A stretch of DNA of 63,694 nucleotides, filler included, from Octopus bimaculoides (GCF_001194135.2; 6 parts of 4 records of this genome joined end to end with filler, not necessarily neighbours in it); one strand, 5' to 3'. Counted from the whole stretch's first letter, positions 23,912 through 38,321 are shown. Numbers and translations are program-made. Notes: a model not told the origin generated them from the letters alone.

Positions 23912-24512
23912 TTCTTCTTCTTCTTCTTCTTCTTCTGCTTCTGCTTCTTCTTCTTCTTCTTCTGCTTCTTCTGCTTCTTCTTCTGCTTCTTCTTCTTCTT
24001 CTTCTTCTTCTTCTTCTTCTTCTTCTTCTTCTTCTTCTTCTTCTTCGTCTTCTCCCTCTTCTCCTTCTTCTCCTTCTCCTCCTCCTCCTTCTCCTCCTTC
24101 TCCTCCTCCTCCTTCTCCTCCCTTTTCTCCTCCTTTTCTTTCTCCTCCTTCTCCTTCTTCACTTACTCCTTCTTCATCATGAAGGCAATGATGATGCTTA
24201 AGATGGTGATGAATGTGAGATGATGATGGGAATAATGATGACAATGATGACCATCATTGTTATAATCACATCCCTATCATCATCACCACCACAGACACAG
24301 ATATCATTATGATCATCATCATCATCACCATCATCATCATTATGATCATCGTTGCCACTTTCGTCACCACCAAATTCATCATTTTCACCAGGACTACAGC
24401 CACCACAAGCACCACACGACGACGACGACGACGACGACGACCGCCACCACCACCATCACCACAATTATCATCATGAACATGATCATCGTCATCATCATCA
24501 TCATCATCATCG

Positions 24513-24548
<36 letters not shown>

Positions 24549-24550
24549 AC
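23912..24550. repeat. Trinucleotide arrays (TTC)n/(CTC)n, then (CAT)n/(GAC)n
   Basis: Seen directly; they generate the poly-E, poly-L, poly-K and poly-H pseudo-ORFs. Confidence 0.95.
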
Positions 24551-24709
24551 AACACTATCTCATGTAACATTTATCCTAAGTTACATAAATGTGTTTTATT
24601 CTGTTTTATTGAAATCAGAATAAACAGATTTCTTTATTATGTTTGTTTTTAGTCACTGTTTATTTTCAAACGTATCTACTTATGTCTTTCTTTCTTTTTT
24701 CCTTCCTTC

Positions 24710-24740
<31 letters not shown>

Positions 24741-25511
24741 TCATTTTTACTTTCATTCTTTCTTTCTTTCTTTTTTACTTTCTTTCTTTCTGTTTTTCTT
24801 ATTTATTTATTTAATTATATTTACAAGTAATTTATTATGTTTGTTTTTAGTCACTGTTTATTTTCATATGTATCCACTTATGTCTTTCTTTCTTTCTTCC
24901 TTCCTTCCTTCCTTTCTTTCTTTCTTTCTTTCTTTCTTTCATTTTTACTTTCATTCTTTCTTTCTTTCTTTTTTACTTTCTTTCTTTCTGTTTTTCTTAT
25001 TNNNNNNNNNNNNNNNNNNNNNNNNNNNNNNNNNNNNNNNNNNNNNNNNNNNNNNNNNNNNNNNNNNNNNNNNNNNNNNNNNNNNNNNNNNNNNNNNNNN
25101 NNNNNNNNNNNNNNNNNNNNNNNNNNNNNNNNNNNNNNNNNNNNNNNNNNNNNNNNNNNNNNNNNNNNNNNNNNNNNNNNNNNNNNNNNNNNNNNNNNNN
25201 NNNNNNNNNNNNNNNNNNNNNNNNNNNNNNNNNNNNNNNNNNNNNNNNNNNNNNNNNNNNNNNNNNNNNNNNNNNNNNNNNNNNNNNNNNNNNNNNNNNN
25301 NNNNNNNNNNNNNNNNNNNNNNNNNNNNNNNNNNNNNNNNNNNNNNNNNNNNNNNNNNNNNNNNNNNNNNNNNNNNNNNNNNNNNNNNNNNNNNNNNNNN
25401 NNNNNNNNNNNNNNNNNNNNNNNNNNNNNNNNNNNNNNNNNNNNNNNNNNNNNNNNNNNNNNNNNNNNNNNNNNNNNNNNNNNNNNNNNNNNNNNNNNNN
25501 NNNNNNNNNNN

Positions 25512-25695
25512 NGGGGGGGTTGGGGGCGGTCGATTAGATTGACCCCAGTACATAACTGGTACTTAATTTATCGACTCCTAAAGCATGAAAGGCAAAGTCG
25601 ACCTCGGTGGAATTTGAACTCAGAACGTAACGGCAGACGAAATACCGCTAAGCATTTTGCCCGGCGTGCTAACGTTTCTGCCAGTTCGCCGCTTT
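25512..25695 (-). mobile_element. SINE family A; further copies at 26620-26805 (-), 32620-32820 (-), 44490-44660 (+, partial), 52862-53065 (+), 62575-62812 (-), 63295-63590 (+), 63595-63694 (+)
   Basis: ggcg..gagctggcagaa.cgttagcacgccgggc.aaatgcttagcggtatttcg...gagttcaaattcc.ccgaggtcgactttgcctttcat consensus recurs; several copies end in (ATT)n tails. Confidence 0.85.
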
Positions 25696-28600
25696 AGTCA
25701 AATAGAAAATATCAAAAATAAAGAGGGTGTTTATTAGTAGCATCAGTGGAGGTGGTTGCAGCGGCGACAGTGGTGGTGGTGGTAGTTGTGGTGGTGGTAG
25801 TTGTGGTGGTGGTAGTTGTGGTGGTGGTAGTTGTGGTGGTGATATCGGTGGTGGTGGTGGTGGTGGTGGTGGTGGTNNNNNNNNNNNNNNNNNNNNNNNN
25901 NNNNNNNNNNNNNNNNNNNNNNNNNNNNNNNNNNNNNNNNNNNNNNNNNNNNNNNNNNNNNNNNNNNNNNNNNNNNNNNNNNNNNNNNNNNNNNNNNNNN
26001 NNNNNNNNNNNNNNNNNNNNNNNNNNNNNNNNNNNNNNNNNNNNNNNNNNNNNNNNNNNNNNNNNNNNNNNNNNNNNNNNNNNNNNNNNNNNNNNNNNNN
26101 NNNNNNNNNNNNNNNNNNNNNNNNNNNNNNNNNNNNNNNNNNNNNNNNNNNNNNNNNNNNNNNNNNNNGGTGGTGGTGGTAGTTGTGGTGGTGGTAGTTG
26201 TGGTGGTGGTAGTTGTGGTGGTGATAGCGGCGGCGGTGGTGGTGGTGGTGGTCGTCGTCGTCGTCGTCGTCGTTGTCGTCGTGGTAGTGGTTGTGAGGGT
26301 ACCGTTACGTGAAAAAAAGTAGAAGTGGAATTAGATAAAAGAATTTTAAGTTGTAAAGGAAGTCGAAAATCTAGATGCGGCAGCAGCTGCTGCAACTACT
26401 ATTGCTACTGTCACGGCTGCTGCTAATGATGATGATGATGATGATGGCGATGGTGATGACCATGATAATGATGATAATGATGAAGATTGAAATAAAAAGA
26501 AATTAATCTTGAAAACAGAAAAAAAAAATTCTTTAAATAAGATTTAAATAAATAGATGAAGGTATAGAAGAGTTAGAAGAATTTGAAAGACCAGGAGTTG
26601 ATAGTGAGGAAAAAGTTTGGGGGAGTGGGCCAGTCGATTAGATCGACCCTAACACGCAACTGGCTGGTACTTAATTCATCGACCCCAAAAGGATGACAGG
26701 CAAAGTCGACTTCGGAGTAATTTGAACTCAGAACGTTAAGACAAACGAAATACTGTTAGGAATTTCGCCCGGCGTGCTAACGTTTCTGCCAGCTCGCTGC
26801 CTTTTCCCTGTCGCACATTGATAATGAAATGTTGTTAGTTGTGACTCTGGATGGAGACAGTTATCAAATTTTGGTCTTTAGAATGAGGCAAGATTCACCG
26901 TTTGTAGTTCTGCTACTTTAGACGTCATTGGATCAACCTCACGACTGATTGACGACTAATATTTAATGTTGGTCTAGATACATTATGATTGAAAATAAAT
27001 GAGCTGCTGGACATATTTAGAAGGGGTTCATCGTAGGTGCGCATCATAAAAGTTAGTTAGGGTAAAATAATAAAAAAGAACCCTTGATCTACATTTAGCG
27101 GTGAAATGCAAATAAATCGTAAAACCTTTGTAAAAGCTAGAGTGGTGGGACCATGGATAATTAATCTTTTGATTACACACTGAGAGTGCTTTCGTCGATG
27201 GTAAAAAATAATCTACGGTAAATTATTTTATTTATCATATTCGTTATATATATACACGTACATACATACATACTGATATATGTAACAAAATACTTGTATT
27301 TATGTATTTCATTTTATTACATATATTTATTATAACACACACAAACACTGACTCAAGCAAAAAAATAAATGCTATAAGATGCATTTTGACTGCGTTATAA
27401 ATTTCATCTGGCGGTTTCTTCTGCTACTAGTTGAATAAGTCGTCGGACGAAACTTATCGTAAAACAAATCTTCTTACAAATTTGTCACTACTTTCACTAC
27501 TAAGTCTCCCTATCAGTAAATGTTTCGTTGTTATGATTACATTTGCTTCAAAATAATAATCATAATCTAAGACCCCCCACCNNNNNNNNNNNNNNNNNNN
27601 NNNNNNNNNNNNNNNNNNNNNNNNNNNNNNNNNNNNNNNNNNNNNNNNNNNNNNNNNNNNNNNNNNNNNNNNNNNNNNNNNTATGATGCAATTTTCTGCA
27701 ATAAAACTACTCTTCAACGGCCTGTCAGTGGAGGCTGTAAAATCAGTTAAGAAATGATATCTCTAGTTCCTGTGATGAAATTTCTGATATGAATTACTTT
27801 TGAATAAATCAATAGCATTTTAGAGAGTGTATAGCTCAATAGACAGTAATGATAACAGCAATTTACATTGTAAGAAATCTTTATGGTCTCTTATACTAAT
27901 ATAGTGGATTAATATGAATAAAATAAAATAAAGAAAGAAGAAAAAATTACTCGTTCGATCATCATTACGTTGCATTAATATATTTTTTTCTTCTAACTTC
28001 CATAATATCCAAATATCTGTCTGACATGTCAACACAAAATTCCTCATTTCACCCTATTGCTTCCTGATTGTTTTCTACAGCGTAAGTCAACTTTATATTG
28101 TTTATCTTATCTTTCTGAATATTTTTTTTCTTCCAATCCAATTTTCCTTATCTTTCATATTGCTTCTTCTTGTTCATTCTTACTTCAATATTTCCATCAT
28201 GTCTCCATAAAATATGAAACATTATTCATTAAACTCAATCTAGAATATCAACGAGGGATAATGTACCGTTATGTTGCCATTAAAGTAAAAAGTAGAAATA
28301 AAAATAATAGATAAAAACTACTGCTTTCTACTTTCCATTTGGACCAAATATGTTTCTATTGACTCTAGATAATTGGTTAAGAAAGTTCTGAAAATGGATA
28401 ATTTTTTGATTTCTTCATTTTCACTCAAACAACCAAATTATTTAGTATTGTTCATAAAACTAAGTATTGTACAAGACTTGTATATATCTAGTCGTTATAA
28501 TTATGTGGTCGGAAGAAGGCAAGTTCTCGTAACTATCACCGTAGGCTCTTTTCAATGGGAAACAGAGTTAGGTGATGTTTTTCCGGTTAAATTACTGTTT

Positions 28601-30431
28601 GAAAATTTGAAATCAATAGCTGATAAAAATCAAATATTAAGTGAGTAAAAGTTTTATATAGAATCCATTCCGGAGATAATGGATTTAGAAAGTGTTTCTT
28701 GATGAATCTAAGGAATAAAACAGAACAAATCGAGAAGATGAAGAGCGGAGATAAGGTAGTTAAGTTTAAGTGAGCAAAAATATCTTCTTTTAGCCTTAAT
28801 ACCTACCACTTCGCCAGGAACATTGGGCTACATCACTTCTGTAACAGAGATGATAGCATTGCATTATATCGCTCCACCTTGCTTGGCACAGGTTCGTTAC
28901 AAACTATGTTATATATCAAACATTCGAGGTCGGGCAGGATACAAGCCTAGAATGACGAAGATGACAAGGTTATCTTTAACTTTGGATAGGGGTCCATTCC
29001 CAAAATATTCAGAGCCTTGTTCGGGGCTTGTTTAAAGCAGACTAGTCACGCCCTATAGTAATGACGGAGGGAATAACTACTCTGTGGCTAATTCTAATTC
29101 ATTACCTATTGCAGGTTTACTGAAACAAGAACCCCAATGTTATCAGATAGATAGATAGATAGATAAAGAGAGAGTGTATATTTATTTTTTTGTATATACA
29201 TGTGTATGTATAAATGAATGTTTATACACATGTGTATATGTTTGTGTGTGTGTGTATGTTTTGTGTTTGTCTTCCACCGCTTGACAACTGGTGTTAGTTT
29301 GTTTACGTCTTTGTCACTTAACGGTTCTCTGTTATTTAACGGTTTGGCAAAAGAGAACGACAAATATCCGACTAAAGAAAATTAAGTACTGAAGTTCGTT
29401 TGTCCGGTTAAACACGTTAAGTCGGTACCAAAGCATGACTGAAGTTCAATGACTGGCACGAAAAAAAAAAAAGAAAGAAAGAACAGATAAAATTAGAGCT
29501 AACCCATTACCAGTTTCTTTCCTGACTCCAGCCACTGCATTGCGGTTTCCTCATAAAACACCTATTTGTGATTTAGAGAAAATATTAGACATATTGAAGA
29601 CATTTCTGGCTATTGGGACGGAAACTGTTTTGCGGAAACAATGCAACATTTTAAAAGCTGAACGGAATTGAAAGATTACGCAGCAAGATCTTTGACATAG
29701 ATATGACAAAGTAAACATTGGACACCTATTACAGGCCAAATGTATGAAAAGAAATAGTTATTGGCAATCACATATCGATACACACTCTTACCCAAATATA
29801 CATACGCACACATATACGCAGACATATGAACACACTGAGTTTGGAAATATTCAAGAACTGCAGTGCACAAAGGTGTTCCTGCTCTGAAATCTTGCTAGGC
29901 TCGGTGATGAAATCAGACTTTCGGCCTCATATCACTCGTTATGTTTATAACCAATTGACCTCCGGTCTTTACACACACTTTATTGTTTTGTTCTTCATAT
30001 TGACTTTAAGTGAGAAGAACAAATTTCAGTTCCGGTATTGGCCCCAGTTGTTTTATTTTTGCGCAAAATGAATAATATTGAGTTAATTTTTATATGATTC
30101 ATATCTCTAACCTTCTGTCGATTGAATTGGAAAGCTATTTCAAATCCAATAAAACGATAAGTGTAAAAGGTATGAAAGCCTCTAATGTCGATATTTTGTC
30201 TTAAAACTTTGTGGCATTTCAGTGTATATAAAGAACATTCTAATCGACTAGCTTACAGGAGAAATGTTCTGAACTTATTCTTAAAAAGTCTTGAATGATT
30301 TAGACTTACATTCAGTTAGATTAAATGTATATACTTTGACATATTTGATATTATTCTGGCTATCCATTCTTCCTTCATTAGACCATTAACACCTGATAAA
30401 GAGGACAAGAAAGAGCGAGTGGGAGAGAGTG

Positions 30432-30487
30432 AGAAGAAGAAGAAGAAGAAGAAGAAGAAGAAGAAGAAGAAGAAGAAGAAGAAGAAG

Positions 30488-30517
<30 letters not shown>
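30432..30517. repeat. (AAG)n microsatellite
   Basis: Seen directly. Confidence 0.97.
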
Positions 30518-30519
<2 letters not shown>

Positions 30520-33500
30520 GTAGTGGGGTGTTACCTTACCAACTTCAAAAGAATGAAAATTAGTCTTCATCCGCGAGATTTGATTTGAGATGTACATTGA
30601 CGAGGTGAATATGACGGGGTGTCTTATCCGGCGCTCTGACAACTCGCAATCAATGCATAGCAGACTACGTTTTATTTCTCTGTTATTAAAATACTGATGA
30701 ACCTCAATTATTAAGAAATTACTATTTAACAGCTGCACGGCGTTGTGCAGAGGCATATTCAAAGCAAATAGTGGGTGGGGATTGTTACTACTGGTCTAAA
30801 AGTCTTTACCAAATGAACTGAGGGAACGGAACCTCCAACAATCAATTTTCCTCTTCTTGTTTGTAACACTGATTCTTCATGCGTAATTGAGAAATCAATT
30901 TTGATTTTAAATTATTGAACAGCTAGGAAATATGTGAATAATCGATTGAGAAGCAAAACATTAACAACAACAGAAAACATCACGAATGAAAAGCAACAGT
31001 CAATACGACAACATCATTAAGTGCAAAAAACAAAAACAAAACAATAACAATGAAATCAACAGCGTCAACGCCAAACAACAAATACAAAAATAACATTCCA
31101 TACAGATTCTGCTAGAATTAAAAACTAATTTTAAAAAATAGCATAATTATATTAAGAGATCAAATTGCCTTACTGAACTGTATTCTGAATTATGATTAGT
31201 TCAATAAAAATTCCAAGTTGTATCAATAACTGTTTGATACATGCAACCAACATTTACTCGTTTAAAAGAAATATAACAAAAAATGTTTTATTAAATGATT
31301 ATATTCTTTACAGTTCAACACAAATATGAGATAACGAAGGCGCTTCTGCGTGGCTGTTTCACCGGCGAAGAATAACAGTAAAATCTTTCTCAAATTGCAT
31401 TTAACCCCATTGACGGCTAATTTTTTTATTCATATATTTTGGCTTTGCCAGGTGTCTTAGGAGCTAAAATAATATACAGGATTTAAATTTTCTTCATATG
31501 TTAATTATTTTGGAAATTATGATAAATGTTTCGAAAAGTCTCAAATGGGGATCGCTGAAAAAGAACATATTTATCCTTCTCTATTCAATTGCAATAGCAA
31601 ACATTTTAGTTTGTTTGAAACTATAGTATCAAATGCGAATGTATATGAAACATCAATGAACGATATAGATGGGAAATGCAAAAAAAAAATACAAAAAAAA
31701 CCCCCTTTTCAAAACAGTCAATATTTTCGTAGTTCAAAATTTGTAATTTATGACATAAAATGTCCTCTTGAATTAGTCAGGGCTAATATTGACAAACTTC
31801 AACTACTTAATATTGTTAAACACACCTCTGCAAATGCAATGTACATAAATAATTCACATTAAATACAAGGAACAACCGGCAGTGGGACTGTTTTTAGCAA
31901 ATCCCCAAATGGGGTTCATGGCAGGCAATGGTTTGGTACTAGATAAGTTGTTTCTAAAATATAGAATGGGTATAGTTGGGACACCTTTTGTCATAGGTGT
32001 GCTTGTTTGGAACTATCTCTGAAACAAAGAAACGTTGACTGAATACAGGTTTTTGTCGGTCTTAAGAAATCTGAGTTTAGTTTCGTAGATTGTAGTGTCA
32101 GTAATTGACTATGGGTATGATACGAGTTTAGTAAGAAGTATTACTGGATTGAAACATACAAGTGTATCTTTGAACTTTTATCTTTAAATTGTTTCAGAAA
32201 TCAGACTGCGGCCATGCTGGGGCACAATCTCGAAGAAATTTTACTCGATAGGATCGACCACAGTACTTAATTTTGTACTTATTCTATCAGTCTCTTTTGC
32301 ATAACTGTTAAGTTATGGGGATGTAAACAGTGTAATACAGGTTGTCAAGCGGTGTTGAGAGATAAACAGACACAAGCGCGCGCACACACACACACACACA
32401 CGCGCGCGCGCGTACGCACGCACGCACACACACAACGGGCTTCTTTCAGTTTCCACCTTCCAAATCCACTCACAGGGCTATAGGAAGACACACGCCCAAG
32501 GTACCACGCAGTGGGACTGAACCCGGAACTATGAGGCTGGGAAGTAAACTTCTTACCCAGTTGGTTTGGTACAGACATATTAAAGACAAATTGAAAGAAA
32601 TAATGATTTCAAATTCTGTCACACAGCCAAAAATTTTCGGAGGATGGTAACTGTCAGTTACATCGTCCCTAGTATTTAACTGGTACTTTATCTTATCGAC
32701 ACCAAATGGATGAAAGGCAAAGTTGAGATAGCGGTATTTAAACTCAGAATATTAAGAACTCGAAGAAATGTCGATGAACATTTCCCCCATGCGCTAACGA
32801 TTCTGCTGGCTCTTCACCATAAAACAACTAAATGTGACCTCAGTGGAAACTGCTCTGACTTCACATTTTGCTTGTAAAATTATGGCTTATCGCATTATTA
32901 TTTTCTTTAGACCTTAAGCTATTGCTATTAATAAGACAAGCCCAGACTTCAAATCCCCTATTTCTAACACCGTTTGCAACCTACTGAGCCTATATATCTA
33001 CACAAAATTATACACACACACACAAACACAAAAAGAGAAATGTATGTGTATATGTGTGTATAACTTTATAAACTGTTTACCTTTTTCTCTACAGCAAAAA
33101 GTAGTGGCTAAAATGTTTATAGATATATTCTGAAATACTGTTTAGTATTGAAATACAATAAGTTTAGGACATATGTAGTTTATTAACTGAGCTATCTCTT
33201 AAGATTTGGTTAAAAATTAGTTGATCTGATATGTAGTAAATTAGTTTATCTCATTTACTAAAGTCCGTAGTAATAGTGTGTTTATAAGTAGTATTTCCGT
33301 GTGCGGTTAAAAAGATAAAACTTAACCATTGAATGATGAAATCCCACTCAAAAGATTGAAAATAGTCGGACTGCTTCCACTTTTCTGCCCTTGAATATAT
33401 TGTACATAAAGACAAAAATTATACCCCTGTCTATACATGTACCGTTGGCTAATAATCAGCAAATCTATTCTTTTGAACAGCATAAGTGAAAAAACGCACC

Positions 33501-34082
33501 AGGAAAAACACTATCGATCGAATTATTTTTAATTATGTGTTATATATGCAAATTGGCCTGTCCAGTTTAATTAAGGCTTTATTAACTGTGGCTTTATAAG
33601 AAGTATGCCCACGGACAGTTAATGATCATACGCAGTCGCTAATGAAATACCAACGGACCATTAAAAAATACATCGATTAATTCTTTCTTATCTGTTCAGT
33701 AAGATCTAGCTAGAGATGAAGTACATGTGGCTATATATAAGGGCAGTAACATTATATATATATACATTATTATAATGTAGTACTCTTAATTTCTGATAGT
33801 GTCACAGAGGTGATATCATATATAGTGAATTTTGGTCATTTTGAACTTGGCAGAGTCCACCTCTACTATGTTAAAAATGTAAATAACTGGATTCTTCAAG
33901 TGAGAGAGAGAGAGAAAGAAAATACATGATGGATGGATATGGAGAGAAAATAAAGAAGTACTTTGCACTGTATCAAATCTACCATCCGACCGTCACACAT
34001 ACATACATATAAATATGCGTGTGCGTATGAGTGGGTGCGTACGTGTATGCAAATTTATATACAGTTATACATACACACACAC

Positions 34083-34116
<34 letters not shown>

Positions 34117-34216
34117 NNNNNNNNNNNNNNNNNNNNNNNNNNNNNNNNNNNNNNNNNNNNTTAATTAATTAANNNNNNNNNNNNNNNNNNNNNNNNNNNN
34201 NNNNNNNNNNNNNNNN
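34117..34216. other. Artificial contig-join spacer
   Basis: Linker at 34161-34172. Confidence 0.95.
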
Positions 34217-34875
34217 TCCGTGGACTGTGCATCTGCTCTCTCCCCTGAACCCGCCCTGCCATCTCCCACCTCCCGTTTCCCCCTCACCTACCACCCCACC
34301 ACCCTACCTCTCCAATGCACCATTCTCTGAGCCTTCTGGTGACTCCAGTCCGACCCATCCACTTCACACATTTTCCCTAACTGACCCCTCCCCTCCTTCA
34401 AACGGGCCCATAACCTATGAGACCTCTTGGTCAAGAGCTGCTTCCCTAACCCAACCTCCCAACCCGGCTCGTTCCCCTGCTCCCGCCCACATTGCCGCAC
34501 TTGCTCTTACCTCTCCAACACCACCCTCTTCACCAGCACCCATCATCAACCCTATCACATCACCAACTCCTTCACCTGCACTTCTACCAATGTCATATGC
34601 TGTATCTCCTACTCTCTCTACCCTTCTCTATACATCGGAATGCCGATTGGCTGACTGGTTCGTGGAATACTTGCGAGACATCTGACTCAGCAATGACACC
34701 CCGGTCTTGCGCCATTTCCGCTCTATTGATCACTCTTTGCAACACCTGTCTGTGTTCAGATTATCTTTGCACAGGAGCTATCCAGACTCCTGTTTGCGCT
34801 GTGAACAGGGATTAATCTTCTCTCTTCGCTCCTTTGTGTCACATGAGCTCAACTCTCCTCCCCTCTTCATCTAAC
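34217..34875 (+). mobile_element. Penelope-like element, C-terminal GIY-YIG endonuclease region, degenerate
   Basis: GSFPCSRPHCRTCSYL..HITNSFTCTSTNVICCISYSLYPSLYIG / RLADWFVEYLRDI is typical of the PLE CxxC-GIY-YIG region. Confidence 0.85.
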
Positions 34876-35924
34876 CTCCTCCCCTCGCCTCTCTCCCCTT
34901 CATACCTATTTCCTCCCGCCAACTTCTCCTCTCGCTCTGACTCCTACTTCTCTTAACTCCTACTTTCTTTTCTTCACTCTTACCCACCTTCTCCTTCCCC
35001 CTTCATCGTCACCCCTCCCTTGTAAACCCAACCCACCCTTNNNNNNNNNNNNNNNNNNNNNNNNNNNNNNNNNNNNNNNNNNNNNNNNNNNNNNNNNNNN
35101 NNNNNNNNNNNNNNNNNNNNNNNNNNNNNNNNNNNNNNNNNNNNNNNNNNNNNNNNNNNNNNNNNNNNNNNNNNNNNNNNNNNNNNNNNNNNNNNNNNNN
35201 NNNNNNNNNNNNNNNNNNNNNNNNNNNNNNNNNNNNNNNNNNNNNNNNNNNNNNNNNNNNNNNNNNNNNNNNNNNNNNNNNNNNNNNNNNNNNNNNNNNN
35301 NNNNNNNNNNNNNNNNNNNNNNNNNNNNNNNNNNNNNNNNNNNNNNNNNNNNNNNNNNNNNNNNNNNNNNNNNNNNNNNNNNNNNNNNNNNNNNNNNNNN
35401 NNNNNNNNNNNNNNNNNNNNNNNNNNNNNNNNNNNNNNNNNNNNNNNNNNNNNNNNNNNNNNNNNNNNNNNNNNNNNNNNNNNNNNNNNNNNNNNNNNNN
35501 NNNNNNNNNNNNNNNNNNNNNNNNNNNNNNNNNNNNNNNNNNNNNNNNNNNNNNNNNNNNNNNNNNNNNNNNNNNNNNNNNNNNNNNNNNNNNNNNNNNN
35601 NNNNNNNNNNNNNNNNNNNNNNNNNNNNNNNNNNNNNNNNNNNNNNNNNNNNNNNNNNNNNNNNNNNNNNNNNNNNNNNNNNNNNNNNNNNNNNNNNNNN
35701 NNNNNNNNNNNNNNNNNNNNNNNNNNNNNNNNNNNNNNNNNNNNNNNNNNNNNNNNNNNNNNNNNNNNNNNNNNNNNNNNNNNNNNNNNNNNNNNNNNNN
35801 NNNNNNNNNNNNNNNNNNNNNNNNNNNNNNNNNNNNNNNNNNNNNNNNNNNNNNNNNNNNNNNNNNNNNNNNNNNNNNNNNNNNNNNNNNNNNNNNNNNN
35901 NNNNNNNNNNNNNNNNNNNNNNNN

Positions 35925-36705
35925 ATATGCAAATGTGGGTGCAGAACGTCACAAAACGTAAACAACAGGAAATACAAAAACAACATGAAATACGAAGACA
36001 AACTTGGGTATGCAAACAACGAGAAAAACAAATGGAAAACAAGACAAGTAACATACAGAACAACCCTTCATCAATTGTCAGCTGTCCATCTACTCCTCAT
36101 TTCAAGCAATTAACGACAATATGAGGCTTCAAAAGGCAGTTGCTCCTGCAAACCAAAATAAAATTTGGGATTTGCAGAAGGTAAAAGATGGTAACAAAAA
36201 CAGGACAGTGGAGACATGCAACAAACCAAATGAAAACAAACATGGAGGGCTGTTAAGCCAGATGAGATAAGGTAGCAAATGCTGGAGGAATATTGTCTTT
36301 GACAAGAGAAAAGATAGAAGAGGAGACAGATAAGAATGTGTCTGGTCTGTAAGACAGACTGAATGAAAAAAATAATGATCAAGTGAGGAAAAGAAAGATA
36401 GATGATGGTCATGTGTGAGCAACAAGAGAAAGACAGTAAAAGAGAAATAGGGAAAGAGACAGACATAGAAAACAGTGAAGGGGAGAAAAAAAGAATTAGA
36501 GAAAGGATGAGAGAAAAAAAATGAAAGTGGGAGAGAGAGAACAGTACAGAGTAGAGTCACATCAAANNNNNNNNNNNNNNNNNNNNNNNNNNNNNNNNNN
36601 NNNNNNNNNNNNNNNNNNNNNNNNNNNNNNNNNNNNNNNNNNNNNNNNNNNNNNNNNNNNNNNNNNNNNNNNNNNNNNNNNNNNNNNNNNNNNNNNNNNN
36701 NNNNN

Positions 36706-36740
<35 letters not shown>

Positions 36741-36756
36741 TATACATACATATATG

Positions 36757-36801
<45 letters not shown>

Positions 36802-37130
36802 TATACATACATATATGTACATACATACATATATATGTATTTTTATATGCATATATGGGTACAGGACATCACAAAACATAAACAACATGAAATACGAAAA
36901 TTTTCTTTTCTTTCAATCTGTCTCACAGACCAGCTGCATTCCTCTTCTGTCTTTACTCTTGTCAAAAATAATACCCCTACAGTGTTCGCTACCTTACCTT
37001 GTTTGGCCTAACAGCCCTCTGTATTTGTTTCCATTTGGCTTGTTGTCGTCCTGTTTTTGTTACCAACTTTTACCCTCCGCAAATCCCAAATTTTATTTTG
37101 GTTCGCGGGACCAACTGATAATCTTCCAAA
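35925..37130. repeat. Probable PLE-associated terminal repeats: direct copies at about 35930 and 36855; inverted copies at about 36120-36360 and 36930-37130
   Basis: Direct and reverse-complement similarity seen by eye; PLE assignment inferred from proximity and the cccttcatca motif. Confidence 0.5.
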
Positions 37131-37226
37131 ATAATAAAAGAAATAACAATACCATGTATGTATATATATGCACATGTATGTGTATGGGCTTATATACATG
37201 TGTGTAAATATATGTATATATATATA

Positions 37227-38153
37227 CAGGGGTTGGACAAAATAATGGAAACACCTTAAAATTTTAAACAAATTAATTTTAATATGGGGTAGGACCGCCT
37301 TTGGTAGTAATTACAATTTGAATTCTACAAGGTATGGACTTGTACAAAGTTTGAATTGTTTCCAAAGGAATTTTTATCCATCCTTCATCTAAAACAGTCT
37401 CCAGTTCTTGTAGTGATGATGGTGGAGGATATCGACTCCTAACTTGTTTTTCTAAAATGCACCATAAATGTTCAATAATATTGAGATTTGGGGACTGTGA
37501 TGGCCAGATAAGATGTTCAACTTCACTAGAATGTTCTTTGTGCCATTCAGTAACAACTTTAGCTGTGTGAATTGGTGCATTATCATCGTGAAAGATTGCG
37601 TTTCCTTCTGGAAACAGTTCCGCAACCATAGGATGAATTTGATCTGATAAAATGCTTGAATAGTCTTGACTATTAATTCTGCCATGAAGGGAAACCATTG
37701 GGCCGGCAGATTTCCAAGATATAGCCCACCAGATCATTACAGATCCTCCTCCATGTTTAACAGTTGGAAGAAGGCAGTCTGGGTCAAATGCCTCTTTTGA
37801 CTGTCTCTACACGTATACTTGGCCGGTGGTTGGAAATAAGGTAAAGGATGACTCGTCTAAGAAAATAATATTTTTCCACTGCTCTAGTGACCAATTCTGT
37901 AGGTTTTTACTCCACTCTAAATGCTTTGCCACATTTATTTTTGAAAGTAGGGGTTTTCTGATTGCAGCCCTCCCGTGAAATCCAGCTTTATGCAGCTCCC
38001 AGTGAACAGTTCTGTGGAAACTGGGTTCTCGAGGTGGTCATTAAGCAACATTTGTTTTTGAAAGTGGTTTTTATCATTGCAGCCCTCCCATGAAATCCAG
38101 CTTTGTACAGCTCCCGGCAAACAGTTTTTGTTGAAACTGGGTTCTCGAGGTGG
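37227..38153 (-). mobile_element. Tc1-family transposon, 5'-truncated and degenerate (DD34E region)
   Basis: TA-flanked TIR CAGGGGTTGGACAAAATAATGGAAACACC at 37227; ORF 37279-37737 HDDNAPIH..WPSQSPNLNIIEHLW; upstream DESSF and PTVKHGGGSVMIW. Confidence 0.92.
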
Positions 38154-38209
38154 TATATATAGCTGTATGTATTTGTATGTGTGCATATATATATATATAT
38201 GAGTGTATG

Positions 38210-38245
<36 letters not shown>

Positions 38246-38278
38246 CATCTTTATGTATATATGTATTCATGCATATGA

Positions 38279-38321
<43 letters not shown>

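Noticed and set aside
23738-26395. Long poly-E, poly-L, poly-K, poly-H and Gly-rich ORFs
   Set aside because: Translations of trinucleotide microsatellites and N gaps.
30541-30762. Minus-strand ORF ending at a gtaagg donor (RHPVIFTSSMYISNQISRMKTNFHSFEV)
   Set aside because: Weak acceptor, no family resemblance, and the ORF is extended by an (AAG)n array.
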